Assembly: GCA_002633005.1 (NCBI GenBank)
Contig: NMRA01000118.1
Location: forward strand, 186,707 to 250,706
Origin: Phoronis australis
Lineage: Eukaryota; Animalia; Phoronida
DNA: 64,000 bases
Direction of reading: 5' to 3'
The notes below the pieces were generated by a model. The model was not told the origin of the DNA and searched no databases. It saw only the letters and a program-made list of their open reading frames with translations. A program made the position numbers and the translations under genes. Positions 38,294-52,492 of the stretch are shown piece after piece; positions within the stretch are counted from its first letter, which is position 1, and each line of letters begins with the position of its first letter.

Positions 38294-40099
38294 AAAGAAG
38301 TGCGAAACTAACAAGTCACTGCTGTTAGCCCCTGAAAGCTACTGATACCAAGTATGAGAAGATTTGTTCAAAGGGTCGCGAAGACTGGGCGTCACAGTGC
38401 CCACACGCCATATTCCTTGAGCTATTGATTAGATAAACATTTTACGTAAAATTTAATGTCGTTCAGACGTAAAATGCGACCTCTGGCACAAATATGATAA
38501 CCCATCAAAGTGTCGTTAGAAATAAGGCCATAAAAGGACAGTCATCTGACCAGTAAATCTTCACTATCTCGAGAACAATAAGTTCTAGCGGAAAACGGAT
38601 GGCACAGTGCAGATAGTACTTGACGAGATGGGTTGATATACAGATTTTCAGAAAGATCTATCAAAGGATGCCGGAAGTACGGCACGAAATTCTACTAATC
38701 AATTATCGAGGATTTACCGGAAATCTCAACTAACACGAGAACAGTAAGTCTAAGATAAAAATAAATTGCACATTTCTTATAGTCCTTGAAATGATTTATC
38801 CACAGAAAAAAGTCAAAGAAATTCCACCAGAAACAGCGATCGAGCTACTCCTCAAGTCAAGCAAGTAAAAATGGCCGGCCCAGTGCCATTTTGCGATTAT
38901 CGATATGTCTTGTGTAAATTCCACAAAGGTCTGATCTGGGTTTTAAATAAAATAAACTTTCATGACCCTCATGATAGTGCGGGAAATTTCCGAGAGAGGG
39001 TACAATCCATTTTGGCCACCGGGGACAATAAGGAATTTAATGGTGCGGTGATTTCAACAATTGAAAATATATAAACCAGTTATTTTTGGGTAAGAAAATT
39101 CAAATCGTTTCAGTTCGTGAAGGTTACATTTTTAGCATCAACTCAAAGTATCCATATCAAGTTGGGGCCAACTGAAAGCTTTTTTGAAGCAGAATCATTG
39201 TGTGACGAAAAACAGAATCTTATTTTGTTTAAAATCCATCAAAGGTGTGAGATTCACCGAGAAACAAAGCTTAGCTCTCCACGGCCACGAAAGTGCCACT
39301 ATGGCCCAGCTACTACGGAGACGTCTAAAAATTAACATCAGCCTTACTCCTTAGGAACACATATGGCAATTTTCATAATGGTTCTTTGAGCAGTTTGTCG
39401 GATAGAAAGACGGACGTCAAAAATGGAAACGAAATTCGAAGACAATAAAAATGGTTGCGTAACTAGGGCAAGTGTAGCTTTAATAGATACTATTTGCCAA
39501 TTATCACGAAAATTCCCCAAGCATCTTCAACGATAAAGAGGCAAACAGAAAAGTTGAAATTGACACCAGCGCGGGGCACTGCGGTCTATACATTCGAATG
39601 TTTCCAGTTCCATTTTCATTTTGAAACTCATTGAAACCTATTGAAACCAAGAATATCTATTGTAGTTTTTGAAAATTTAATGTTCAAACTAAAGCTGAAA
39701 AATGAAATTTTGATAGTCAATGGTTCAATTAAAATTGAAACATGAAAATGGGAATAATTACCAATAATCTAGTGTTTCAGTTAATTGAAACTAGGAATCG
39801 TAAGACGTTTAGTCAATATTCCACTTCACGGGTGTTCATATACCGACAATGCTACGATTGTTTGTCAAAGAGCTAACCGAAATGCGTCTACCACTTATTG
39901 ACGATCCTGTGTATAGGCCTACTTATAACGGGAAACGACTGTCCGAGTAGATGAAACGCTGGTCCACATGGTAGGCATTACACTCGAGATCAATTGATAC
40001 AGACTCATGTGCCAAACAGATAACAAAACAATTATGCAATTCAGGTCCCTTGCTTTCAAAACTTTGCCAAAAATGTGTATTTTACTACCTGAATTATAA

Positions 40100-40620
40100 C
40101 TAAGATTTCATTAGATTTCAGTACAGTGTGCGTTTATTCAGGACTACAACCTTCCCTCAAAGATTCTGGTTGTGCACATTGCCTAAGATGTCCAGAGTTT
40201 CACAACAGCAGAGAAAATGGTACTCATCTTCGATGTCACCATTTAAACACAATTCACAATGTCTGTGTCCCCTCGGAACAGTTGATTCCCAATACCCTTT
40301 TTATCATTAAACCACGTGACGACACACTAAACTCAGATAGTACTTTCTGTAGGACTTGATTTTAATCATTTCTAAATATATTTCAAAAGCTAAGCCATTC
40401 TTTGTCACTTTCTGTTCTTCCACAACTTAAAAATCTCAAACCGACTCTTCCAAACTCAGTCGCTTGTATTGCAGTGGCTGGTGTACACTGTTTCACTCTC
40501 AGAACATATCTAAAGATTTTAGTTTGCACTGTTTCATTGGTTTTTTCTTCATGGACTCCCCTAACTTCACTGTGTAGATAACCTTTCTCCTTTAACGGTG
40601 CCAACGAGTTGATTAACACA
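40100..40620 (-). mobile_element. Degraded LINE ORF2 C-terminal fragment
   Basis: ETVQTKIFRYVLRVKQCTPATAI..EFGR followed by RHCELCLNGDIEDEYHFLCCC. Confidence 0.75.
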
Positions 40621-43600
40621 ATTATTGCCTTTGAAGATTCGTTTAATAATCTTTCTGTGCTCAAAAATCATGAAAACCTCCAGTTGAAATATCAACACGT
40701 TCGAGCTGCTCCTTCTTGTAGAACCGTCGCTCGCGTCTAGCTAAAACTCTCTTTCTGAAAACATCAACTCGAATTAGTCCAAACGGACTTTCAAGCAGTT
40801 TTCACTCATAGTAAATCTCAAGTTTGTTAATTAGTCGTTGGAGACCGATCGGAGTTTCTGTGAATAGTATTAAACCATCAGCGAAAACTAAAATATTATT
40901 TCTATGTCCACATGTACACCGTCAATTGATTTGCATTTCAAATATTTTTCTAAGTTTCTCAAGAAAAACTAAACAAGACGGAACAACAGATTAGGTAAGA
41001 GAATGAACACGATCACCCATTGGCGTGAATGACGTACAAACGTATTAATAAATTATATCATTTTTAAAAATTGGAGGGCTGTAATTTGTTGTAAGGTTGT
41101 CTGGTGGCAGGATTGCAAAACTGAACCACCAAATATTAATTGTCACAATTTCATTTTTCAACTGTGAAGTTCAGAATGAAATTTCCAATTGTCATTCAAT
41201 ATTTCATGTCTCATAATTCTAAATGAAAATTCAAAATTGAAATAGGCATACGGTTCGTGATACCGCGTATCGATTTAAATTAAAAATTGTCTATGAAATA
41301 TTCACACCATTATCGCAAGTTTCATTATTCAATTTGGACTGAATATTGGCTTGACACTGGAAACTGGCACGCCTGTCGTGATTACATAATTTCATAGTGG
41401 GATTACAATGTTGTCACAGGTGAATAGTGCGAACGGACTGCACCGAAAAGTATGTTCAGTCAATGGTGAAAAGTTCCCACGCTATCATTCGCTTCATTGG
41501 GTATCGCAACTACCAACCCAAGTTACCTGTCTGTGCGTCAATAGCCAGATACATGAAAGAGTCCAAAATAGGCAACTCCATACGCTCCCTAAATATTGCA
41601 GTGTTTGACTTTGTTTACTCTATAATGTCATGGCATTCTGTAACTTCATCATTACGAGGTCCTCTTTTACATATAATGACTTTTTCAATGTATGAAAATA
41701 AACCGACTTGACTTAGTGTACGTACAGGTGTTGCATGAAATGATTCCTATACACTGTCAATAGAGTTGGCGCTCGGCACAGAGTTACTAATGAAGAAATT
41801 AATGCCTGAAGATAGGGCACTCAGTATTTGCACAAATCCACAAAAGCTCTGGAAATTTAGGGAACACAGTTGAGTCCCTATCCCGCGGGCGACTGTTTTA
41901 TGCAACCGGCCTCTGGTTAGCAGACACGTGTGCTATATATATGAGCTCACGAGTGTCCGAGCAAGAACACTTGGTTTACAACATCATCTAAGCGACCATA
42001 CCTGTTACCACCATTTTCCCTTCTTAGGGAGAGAAGCCAGATCAAAGTAGCTGCCTGTGACAGTTGATGGACGAATACAGCCGCAACTTGACCCATAATA
42101 AACGCTCTAAGTTCATACTTAAACTTGAACAAATCAACACAATGCGCTTTCTCGCGGCGATTCTCTGTTCTCGGTCACTATTTATAGACATTTCACGTAA
42201 TACTCAAAGAAAATAAGTTGCTTGTGCAGTAATACGTCGGTCGTCTAAACGGAGGTATTCAGAGAATGGGTCGAAAGCGCCGTCTGAGGGAGCTTCCGTG
42301 AAACAGTTCATCTTTTCAGTGGCGGAATTTTGTCAGAAAGACTACGCTTGATAGGCCAATGTGTCCATCCTCAGCCGCCCGTGGCGTCGACCGGTATCTC
42401 ATAAAGTTGAATCATTGTGTTCTTCCGAAATAGTGTTTTTCATCGAGCACAGACTACTCAGTAAACTATGATTTGTCATTATTACTATCCCAAGAAGAAG
42501 TAGTTTTAATTTGTAGTAGGTGCTTGGGTATTTGGATACCCCCAGCACAAGAACGTTTTTTCCCGAGGCGAACAAAGAATGTTCGTAGTTCTCTACTCCA
42601 ATCTTGTTGACGAGGGTGTGATTTCTCGCACCGTGTACTCAGAGCATGCCACATCCGGGGGTTTAGCTCATTTGCATACTGATTCGCGCTATAATGCAAC
42701 ACGTGCATAACAAACAAATGTGGCCATTTGTCATTGCTTATTTAAAATGCATTTTTTTTCTTCCACGCATTAATTGGCCTCACCTATGCTGTACAAAATT
42801 GCTTAATTGAGCACGCACTCGGAAAGTAGACAACCCACTTTAAATCAGGTTATCACTATGTACACCGTGTACAAACCTGAAAAACATAAGAAGTGGGTGG
42901 TTTCTTTCTATAAGTGAATGGTTCTCTGTCGAATATAAGACACCTTTTCGGTGGCCGCGAAAAAGTCATCATTGAGTGGCATGTCACATTTAGTACCTCT
43001 TCTGTGGGGGTACCCTCGAGTCCCGCAGAGCCCCACGGAAGCAGACATATTGAGCATAGTGCCACAACAATGATGTAGGTACCTTTCCAGATCTCGAATA
43101 TCGAAAAATCGATTTGGAACAGACAAAGAGACGTGCATGTGATGCAACTTGAATAAGAAGTAGACACGTGCATAGCATAGAACGAATCGACAAGGACACG
43201 GCGTGGTCCCCGCGACAATCTTGACTTGTACTTTTACGCCACGCACGTTGATGTCGTTCCATAGCAGCAGCACTTCTGTAAAACCACATATTAATTTTAA
43301 GTAAAACTTGTCCTCACGTAGCCTCAGCATACACCTGCCTTCGCTTTTGAGTTGTTAGTTAATTGACTTTGTTCAGAATAATGACAAATGTGACCGATGT
43401 TTTGCCGTGCGTTCTGTTTAACCACTTTAATTGTGAAAGAGAACAACATGCACGCTACCACAGTCAAATTAGTAAGTTTGTAAACGAGGGAGTGAGTATT
43501 AACAGAAAACTGGAAGTATTTTAGATTGCATGGAGCCTACTGGTTCGTAGTGGTCAGTGGAGAGCAATTCGAACGAGGAGATTTTTAAAAATCTCCAAAG

Positions 43601-43832
43601 GAATTTTGTCGCATTCGAGGCATCTTTTTGGCCAAAGTTGTGCGTTTCCATCAATTTCCGATCCGTTTCATCAAGATCACAGGCACTCATTGAGTACACT
43701 GGCGAACACTGACAGTTTTTTTTTTGGAAAATTAAAAAGTGTTATTTCATGAAAAACATAAGGCTTTTCTTTGCTTTTTGGCGTTCTTTCCAGCCATTTC
43801 TAACAAGCTGTATACTGTAATTCCCATGTCTT

Positions 43833-44077
43833 AAGGGCTCTGTCCCACCAAGATAGTTCTCCCTACGTTCTCGGGAATTTTTAATCAACGCAATGAACCG
43901 AGCAAAAGAACAGAATAAACATCGAAAACAGAAGTCACATCTACTAGTAAGAATCTCGTCGGCAGTATCGCATTTACTGCGTAGTTTGGCCCGTTTCGGT
44001 CCGTTCCCAGTCTTTTAGGCTCAACATTGCGATTTTAGGTGTTTGAACGTTCTGAGAATTTATGTGACAGAGCCCTT
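43833..44077. mobile_element. MITE with 12-bp perfect TIRs (Harbinger-like)
   Basis: AAGGGCTCTGTC ... GACAGAGCCCTT. Confidence 0.65.
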
Positions 44078-44674
44078 CAGTAAAGAGAAGTATGAACAAA
44101 CGATCTAACTCCCTTAGAGTAGCTTAGATCAGCTGTATCTGTTACAGACGATTCACTTATTATTTTGCACGTTACGGTTTGCGATGAGTTTTTCTTCTGT
44201 GCATTCCGTATATAACGATCAATTGTTTTTCTTTAGCGTAATTTCCTAACACTCTAGGCTCGTTTCAGTACGTTGCTCGCGACTGCTAGTCATTTTGCAC
44301 CCATCTTTTGGAGAGTCAAGACGGTTGCTCATGTCTTGTGAATTTTCCGTTGTATGTCTGGCTCTATAGTCTTAGGTAGACCATATAGTTCAGTTTTAAT
44401 AATTTATTTTATTTAACTTTTTGTAAATTTGTCGTGCTTACTTTTGTAAAGTTTGTACTTGTAGCATATGTAGTTCTACGAATTTTGCCTGAATGGGCCA
44501 TGCCCTGGGCGTGCAAGTTTTGAATGGAGTTTAGAGAATTAGAGCTTTTTCGTTCACGAATTACTCTGGATCATGGAACGAGCGGCAGGAATTAACAATT
44601 CTGGAAAACCATTACAATCTTGTAACTTACATTACCATGTCAAGGGTTACTCCTTACGAAATGTTGCTTTTTCG

Positions 44675-44745
44675 ATTCCCTTACCTACGACTGACAGTGT
44701 TCACCACTGATTCCCTTACCTACGACTGACAGTGTTCACCACTGA
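44675..44745. repeat. 34-bp tandem duplication
   Basis: ATTCCCTTACCTACGACTGACAGTGTTCACCACTG occurs twice. Confidence 0.9.
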
Positions 44746-45684
44746 ACTCTTCCATTTTTCACTTTACACGTTTCATGCTTTCCCTAGTTTCATTTAGCCA
44801 AAAACTATAAGACTGCAATAACAAATATTGTTCTAAAATTCAATCCAATTAAAAATCATTTTGCTGAGTAAAATTTTTCTAGAAAGGTTTATTTTGTATG
44901 AAAAGAAATTTTATGACAGGACGAATATTCGTAGTTTGCTTCTTGGCACATCATGACATTTCAAACCCTAGTTACCCTAGCTTACACGAACATGCCTTGG
45001 TGCAGCTTTAAAAAATAACACGAGACGCTCGCTCAGCTCATTTCGTGCAACAGTGCAAATGCATTAGAGATGAAACTGATACCTAGATGCTTTCTATTAC
45101 ATCTGTTTGGATTTATCGACCGGTAGTCCCGATAACCGCTGGACTAGTGTGTCTCCACAGAATATCCAGGGTTCCTTGAACCCCAGTTGAGAGTAGAGCT
45201 TTCATAGGTCACGTGATGTGACCATCATACGGTGAGCATTCTTACTTATATAAAATCTCGTTGATTCACAGATGTATCTGAATTCGTGGCTCAATAACAC
45301 TAGCTCTTAAAATAACGTTAAGCCGAGATCTGTGAAACGACTTCCAGGTGCGTGAATGAGTCTATTTGAGAGTACTGAGTTTCCGGCGAACCGTTTCTGG
45401 GTATCCAGCCAGGCCATGTCCCCACTTATCGCTGCAATTGGAATAAAATTGTGAATTGCAAGAAAATGTCAAATGACTCGATTCTGAATCGAGACAAGAT
45501 GAGGAAAAGGCCTTGGTCCCCAAACAAAGGCGCAATAATCGCACGTGCGCTTGAATCCAGCTTCTCGAAACCATCCCATCTAATGCACGACCACCAGATG
45601 CCGCTAGCGCGAAAGCGGCAGACAGATAGTTAGCAAAGTGGCCTAGAACGACTCTTCCACTGTATACTCAATAGGGCCATTCCG

Positions 45685-45870
45685 GATTACTCTACTTTGT
45701 CCCGGAGATAAGAAAGTGTGTGACCTCGTTTTGGAAATCAGGCACACTTTCCTGTCTCTCATTGATGTCGGGAAGGCTAAGAATTTCATGCATCCACGTA
45801 TATTTGTCCAGTTTATCAAGCTTTCGGAGTTGCAGCCCACAGCACAGCGGTAATATTTCGTTGGCACTGG
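45685..45870 (-). pseudogene. Second degenerate THAP-like domain
   Basis: PTKYYRCAVGCNSES...MKFLAFPT..RDR...FLSPGQSRV resembles THAP CxxxGC...FxxFP...R...P..SRxC. The conserved W and H are missing. Confidence 0.5.
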
Positions 45871-46019
45871 AAGGACGAACAGAGTAATGCAACCGAGAAA
45901 AACTGGTAAAGAATCAGAAAACAAGAATTAGCATGTGAAACTCCAGTAACATGAAAACGAGGCAGCAAATGTGCCTGACGGAAGTTTATGGCATAGTGGG
46001 TAAATACAGTGAGATTCAA

Positions 46020-46500
46020 ATTTCGTTGTGTAAACCGGGACGGCCCTATTATTATTCTCAAGAGCAATTCATTTATGTTCGAAGTATGTCCCGAGAATGA
46101 TAGGTGCGTCGCAAGCTCCGTTTCCAGAGATAAGCGGAGACCGTATATAAGCGAAATAAGGTCATTTATTATGACTGATAACAGTATACAGATGTGTGTA
46201 AAATAATAAGTAAACATAAAATAATAATCTCTGGAAAGATGGGCAGTAAAAAGCGCAGCACTCAGGTAAGAGGAACCATCGAAAAAGGAAGTGGTAATGG
46301 GTGAGAAAAATGAAGAGAGATTAAACTCAAAGGTAAGTGCTGATAAAACAAAGGAATGACAGATAACATATGTTTACTAAGATCAAAGGTTAACCCTAAG
46401 ACACACGCTAATCATCAGCCTATAGGAGCCAGGAGCAGAGCAAACTCGTGGCGCATTACTGAAATGAAGCAATAGTGTACCTGGGAATGAAATTTCTGAG
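46020..46500 (-). mobile_element. Highly degraded LINE RT fragment
   Basis: PGSYRL (compare PxSYRPI) followed downstream by LLSVIINDL...SL...SG..NINEL. Confidence 0.45.
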
Positions 46501-46810
46501 CATGTCGCGTGCAAAAGGACCGCATGTGAATTTAAACAGAGAAGTAATGGACCAAACCGAAAAAAGGGAAAAAGGGGGTGTAAGTGAGACAAGTCCATAT
46601 TCTCACAAAAATATATTTAACGGGTGAAATAGTATTTCTCCCAGAACAAGGTCACTGCTCACCTCAAACAGTGCGCTTCAGAATCTGTCAACCGCAGATG
46701 GAATGAAATCTGCTGTAAATCCAATGTCAGAATATAGTCTGACAGTACTTTTAGTTGTATTGTTTTGTTTTGTTATTCTGTTTGATTGGCATGACCCCTG
46801 AGTTCAGTAC

Positions 46811-47223
46811 AGTGATGATGTAATTTGTTTACTACAGAATAGTGCGGAGCTTTCTAGAAGACTGAGGTCAGAATAGTGATGATGTAATTTGTTTACTACA
46901 GTATAGTGTGGAACTTTCTAGAAGACTCTGGCATGACAGTGATTACTGCAGTTCGGAATATTCTAGAGAGTAGTACATGTTTGTGGAATGGTTGGGTAGT
47001 TTCTGGAAAGTTCTAGAATGTGCTTGAATTGATGAAAAGTTCCAGAACAATGCATTAGGCTATAAATGCACAAGCACGGGTTTGTGTTAGTAAGATCAAG
47101 TCAGATAATCATCAGGAGATTAAGTCAGTGAGATCAAGTCAGTTCAAGAGAAGATCAAGTCAGTTCATCGGTGAGTTCAAGAATGTTAATCAGGAGACTA
47201 CAGTTGAGTTGCAGTGAAGAGAA
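46811..47223 (+). mobile_element. LTR-like repeat interrupted by the hAT-like element
   Basis: Duplicated AGTGATGATGTAATTTGTTTACTACAG block, recurrent TTCTAGA motifs, TATAAAT at ~47061 and TCAAGTCAG subrepeats. Confidence 0.4.
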
Positions 47224-48058
47224 CAGTGGCGGATCTAGGATATCACAAGGGGGGGGCCCAACATTTTGTCCGGCTGTAAGCATTTGCGCAAACTGAACCA
47301 CGATTGTAGATGCGCATAGCACCGAATGGGGGGAGGGAGGCAAACCCCCCTCCCGCCCAGGAACATTTTCTGTTTTTACCTCTAAAAATCAAGCATTTTC
47401 CTTGATTCCTGAAGTATTATTCAAGAACAAACAAAAACACAGAGAACGTGTCAAACAGGAAAACTGAACATACCACAGACTTGAACTCACGACCTCGCGG
47501 TTACAGAGCGCGTGCGTTACCACTACACCACTACGATTTGAATAATAATCTCATGCTAAAAGATCTACTTGTTTATGGTCCACAGCGTTTGCGCGCGAAA
47601 CCTACTTCTTTTCGTAATGCTTATTACACGTTCTATATTTTGTGCCATGAATTCTTAACAAATTTGTCGTATTTAAAATAGTCTTCAAATGCCCAAAAGA
47701 CCAAATCCGTTTTTCGTGTTGGCAATAATGACGGGATTGCTTTGGAAATCGTCTAAGTTAAGGTTTGACAAAGAGAGTATTGCGAGTTTCTGAGTGATTC
47801 ACTAAGGCTTCGATTAAAATTCACATCTTACCAGCAGCTTCTGTTTTTTCATCGTCACTCAGGTTCCATTCTCTTTAAAAAATGAAGTAAATTTTCTTCA
47901 TTGCACAGTTGAGCAGACGACGAAAACGGAGTCGTAGTGCGCAGCGCCACTGCCGGTCGCCTGGGATATCGGGGGAGAGCCTACAGTGTATACTTAGCCA
48001 TAGTTCCGTTACGAATGCGCCGTGTTCCGAATTTGACACTTGAAATTGGGTTTGAGCC
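47224..48058 (-). mobile_element. Inverted second copy of the tRNA-module-bearing hAT-like element (one end missing)
   Basis: Reverse complement of ~23797-24613; begins CAGTGGCGGATCTAGGATATC. Confidence 0.85.
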
Positions 48059-48109
48059 AGACATAAGCCAGAACCAAGTGAACAGGTTAGACTAGACTGC
48101 AAAATATAG

Positions 48110-49130
48110 GTCTCTGTGTCATCACAGGATGCACCAAGTCGTCTCCATTGCAGCTCTGCAATACCTCATGGGCATTCCCAAATGTTTCGGACTGACAGGT
48201 TCAACAAGGGGCAGTAACAGCAACATAGGCTATACAAAACCCCATGCACCCTCTGCACAATACGGCGTAACAGTCTTTTGAGAGAATCATGACCCCAGCT
48301 GCCACCCCTTAAGCGTACAACCATCGAGATCTACACGCAGGGCGTCCCATAAAGAGGATTCTTTGATCTGGGAGGCGGTATGTGTCTCCATCGATCTGAT
48401 CGGTGGGCACACCATTGCTACAACTGCTGCCCATTGGCGGTCTGGAGATGCGGTCGAAGGACAACCTACTGTCTTGTCACTATCAACAAGCAGGCAAGAG
48501 AATGACCAGAGGGCGCTGCTGATTTTCACTTTGGCCAACTATTTCATGTTCCTTGATATGCAGACGCTACTGTGGTTGCGATTGTTGGCTCGTTCTCGGC
48601 AAACAGCAATCGCGCTTGTTGGGGTTACCACGTCTTTTCAGGCAATACCATTGCAATGGAAGGATCTGGATGTCACATCATAAACACTCGCATCGAGTTA
48701 GAGACCATACAACGTGCTCTCGTCACGCTCTTTCAGCTGGACCTGGCTCTGGTCGTGGTCATCTTTGAAACAGACTTTTTGACTGTCCTGTCAAGGATAT
48801 GCTCTGGCAACCTACCATCTTACCGTCCCCGGATTTTCATTGCCAAGCATCCATCCCGCGCTGTGTGGAACTATGTCCCTGGTCATGCCGGCGTCAAAGT
48901 GAACTATTAAAGAGTGGATCACCTCGCTGGCCGGGGGCATCTAACGAAAACAGTCCTCTCAATCTGTACGTCTCCGACATCAACAGTTTGGCTACGCACT
49001 CTTCCATCGTCAACATCAAACAGAGGATGTGTACGTATGGCGACGGGACCCGCATCCTGAACTCTGAACTTTATTTGCGACCTGCGTCACAACCCGGTCC
49101 AGGAGAATACCATGCGCGCACCCAGCCTAA
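48110..49130 (+). mobile_element. Degraded non-LTR retrotransposon with an RNase H domain (I/Ingi/Nimb-type)
   Basis: VITGCTKSSP, HPLH, then RNase HI-like GSFS..CWG..RIELETIQRAL..ETD..YVPGHAGVKVN..RVDHLAG. Confidence 0.8.
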
Positions 49131-50009
49131 AATATAGGGGGCTCGAATTTTTCGGTATGCGGACCTTTTACTGAAAAAAATCAACGAGGACTAAAACCGA
49201 AAACGGGGCCACTCGGTTCAGGCCTACGAATTGTGCATCCGCGACGAATGTCCTGTGGACTTTGTAGACCTTTGCCCCGTTTGCTCGGACTTTTTGTTTC
49301 TTTGAGGCGGACCTTTATCATAACGCTAAATCGTCGTGAGAGACCGTCCGGAGTTGGTATATGGTGAAACTCTGGACGGTCTGGGGTCAACAGAAAACCA
49401 CAGTTCAGCTGTGAGTCTACACCAATGTGTTAAACGAGAGTAGTTCTACTTGCTGCGCCAGCTGCAGGTATGCTTATGTTTTATGACACCTAATGTGTGA
49501 CTGGGCAAAGCGTTTTCAAAACAATGTGGACAAGTCAGTGGAGTGTGAGACCCCTGAGGTCCCTGTCAAGTCCTCACGACAATTCTACGATATGTGCCCA
49601 ACTCGCCAAATTTGGGGGGCTCCTTCGAGCCTTCCGAACCCCCCCCCCCCTCAGCTAACGGGTAACATCAGTATACCTGCTGTCAAGTGGAACTGTGGCA
49701 AGACGAGTGGCACCGCTCATCGTTTATGACCCAGTCTGCGACAGTTAGTTTTGCAGGTAACTTTTGACAAAACCCGTGCTACAAAGCCTGTCATGAGCAT
49801 CATACAGGACCGCATACATTTTTTTAAATTATATAATTTATCAGACATATTATGCTTATGTGAGGCTCAGCCTAATATTCTACCATGGGTAAGACTAGCC
49901 ACAGTCAATAGGTTCAAAGTACATGTATGCAAATCCAGAACTTCCGTAGCCTTTTCGGGACAAAAGTATTTCATTCCATTGAAAAAGTGAGAAGTAGATT
50001 CACCAACAA

Positions 50010-50450
50010 CTATCCTGGCGTCTGTAGTGAATCTTGTGCGATCTTTCGTTTTCTAGTCTGCGTAACGCTGTTACGACACAAGTTATAGCTATCGACATGA
50101 AGTGCCATCCGCCAAGAACTTCGGTATAAATTGCTTCCCGGGTGACAGTTTATGTCGTTACTTCGTAATGACATGAATTGTAGCCTCCAGTTTGACAATA
50201 AGGGGTGGTCGTGGATTCACGTGATAGAAGCAAAGGCCAGTTAGTGTTTCCCGTGTGGAGTTTATTTTGATCCACAGTAGCTCGATGTCGATCCTTATTG
50301 TAAAAGTACATCCACTTGATAGTTCAAGCTGTATTGAGACATAGCCAGTAGACTCAGACAGTGTGCCTAGTAGGGTGAACATCATGCGAGCATTATCAAA
50401 AACAGCATGGTAGGTGCGGGGTAGTCGTGGCCAAATTTCACTCTCCAAGT
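50010..50450 (-). mobile_element. Degraded LINE apurinic-type endonuclease fragment (CR1/L2-like)
   Basis: DIELLWIKI...GLCFYH..P..P, followed by DIN and SVTQTR (compare GDFN and QxVxxPTR). Confidence 0.5.
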
Positions 50451-51084
50451 TAATCTTGTTTTTGGAGGGGAGGCGGTGTTACGACATAAACTGTCGCCAT
50501 TTGTGTGAGGAGCTCCGGCCCAAGCTGTCACCCGCGTACCTTCACGCACGTGGATTCTCTTCGGTTGAAAATTAACCCGGTGAACTCGTTTTATCCACTA
50601 GCTCCTTTGTTTGTCTTTGGTTGCTGTCGGGAAGGCGAAGAATTTAACATCAAGCAGATATGTGTTTGTCTAATGTTTCTCCTGCCGGTAATAACTGCAG
50701 TATCTCGTTCACTGGCAGGTTTGTATAAGCTAGGAACCAATATGAGTGACGAGGGGTGAGACAGACCAATTTCTAAGGGCATACGTTTCGGATCTAGTTC
50801 CCTTTGTTGCGAGTTATGCCCGGGTGTGGCAACCATAAGTTCGGTTTAATCATTTATAATCTTTGAAACGATGCTTTGCAATCTTAAACATCCCTTAAAA
50901 CTTTGGAATTCGTGTAAACTCCTAAGAGCCAGCTAAATTGGCAAGCGTCACCAACTCGGCGGTCACTGGGGAACCACTCACACAGAAGTATCTCTTTAAG
51001 AAATACCGGAACTTGATCAACAGTATGTAGTATAGTTACACAAGCACACGAAACAACACAAATGCCATTGGAGAGCAAAACCTA

Positions 51085-51090
51085 TTTATT
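51085..51090 (-). promoter_or_regulatory. Candidate polyadenylation signal of the REJ/GPS gene
   Basis: AATAAA on the minus strand followed by a GT-rich element (TTTGTGTTGTTTCGTGTG), ~1.4 kb after the stop codon. Confidence 0.5.
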
Positions 51091-52492
51091 CTTGAATATA
51101 TATTTTCCACTCAATATTGTTCAAGAGTAGAAAGAACGACACGACAATTACACGAATACAAGATTTTAGCAGCCACAAATCGACTGAAATTTTAGTCATT
51201 TATACAAGATATGTTTACTTCTATAAATTCAGCTTATTATAAACTTCAGTGTGTAGCAATTTGATATGTATAGCATAGGTTAGCCTAAGCTAAAAATTGG
51301 CTGTGGTCAGAGACTTGCGCTCACAAACCACAATGTTAGTCTAAGCTGTGAAAGAAGGTAAAAAGACAGTTGTCCCTGGTTAGTTTGAGGCCTGGACTCA
51401 CGGACTAATAAAGACCAGCCAGCATCAATTTCAGAAATGGTCCCATAATTTTTTTTTGAAAAGCTGCACAGAGGCAGGTAAGCATGAAACAAGCAAAGTT
51501 TGAAATGCCATGACTTTCCTAGTAACCAGTAGAATTTTTGTCCCTCCCAGTTGGATTTTTTTGGGAGCCACTTAAAACCCAAAATCGTCTTCACCCAAAC
51601 CACTTTTTATTTAGGCCACCAACGGTTACGGACTTGGTCTCAAATTGCTCCTGAGAGTTCTGAAATTGGAAAGAACTGACAGTTTGCTATTGACAAAGTT
51701 GACACGCCATGACAACTCAACTTTGGCAGAGACTTGTCTCAACCAATAAACTGTTAGTTCTTTGCAAGACTAAAATCACTTCTCATCTGAGTAAGGAGTA
51801 AGTATGACCAATTTATAGTATTTACTGGTCTAAATCAAAAATCACTTTCTAAAATGGAACATACAATGTAGGAAATAAAAAGGAAAATTTTTGAAAAAAG
51901 CTATGTATGAGGTGTAGTGTTCATGTACGCTGATTCATAAGTGCATCATAGACACAAATGAACAGATAAAACATTTTAAATGAAAGTTATGACTAAAATT
52001 TTTCTGTGAGTACTTTTAACTATAAACAACTGTACCACAATTTTCATTGAAAACACAACCCCCTCCCCAAAAAAGCAGTCACAAGGGAACCATGGAAACC
52101 ATACTTTAACTGTCAAAACATTTGTCAACATCACATTAGATACATTGCTTCATGTCAAAACTTTTATAAAATGCAGTAAACAATTTTTTCATTTAGAATA
52201 ATACACAGGCTTTCACACTGGAATAAAAGACATACATCAAAAGACAAAGACTCAATGTATAAAATTCAAAGAAAAATAACAAAAAAATCATCAGAAAGAC
52301 TTAACGATGCAGCCTAAATCACAGCAAATTATACATAAACATCTCGTCTTCTGTCATCGTTAAGTACAATACTGATATCAACACTCGATATACTGTTAGT
52401 ATATTTAACAGCAAATCATGTGTATACACAACAGAAAAACCATTGTCCAAAAAGTTAATGTCATCCACAGGACATCTTGGGGAGGTTGTGCC

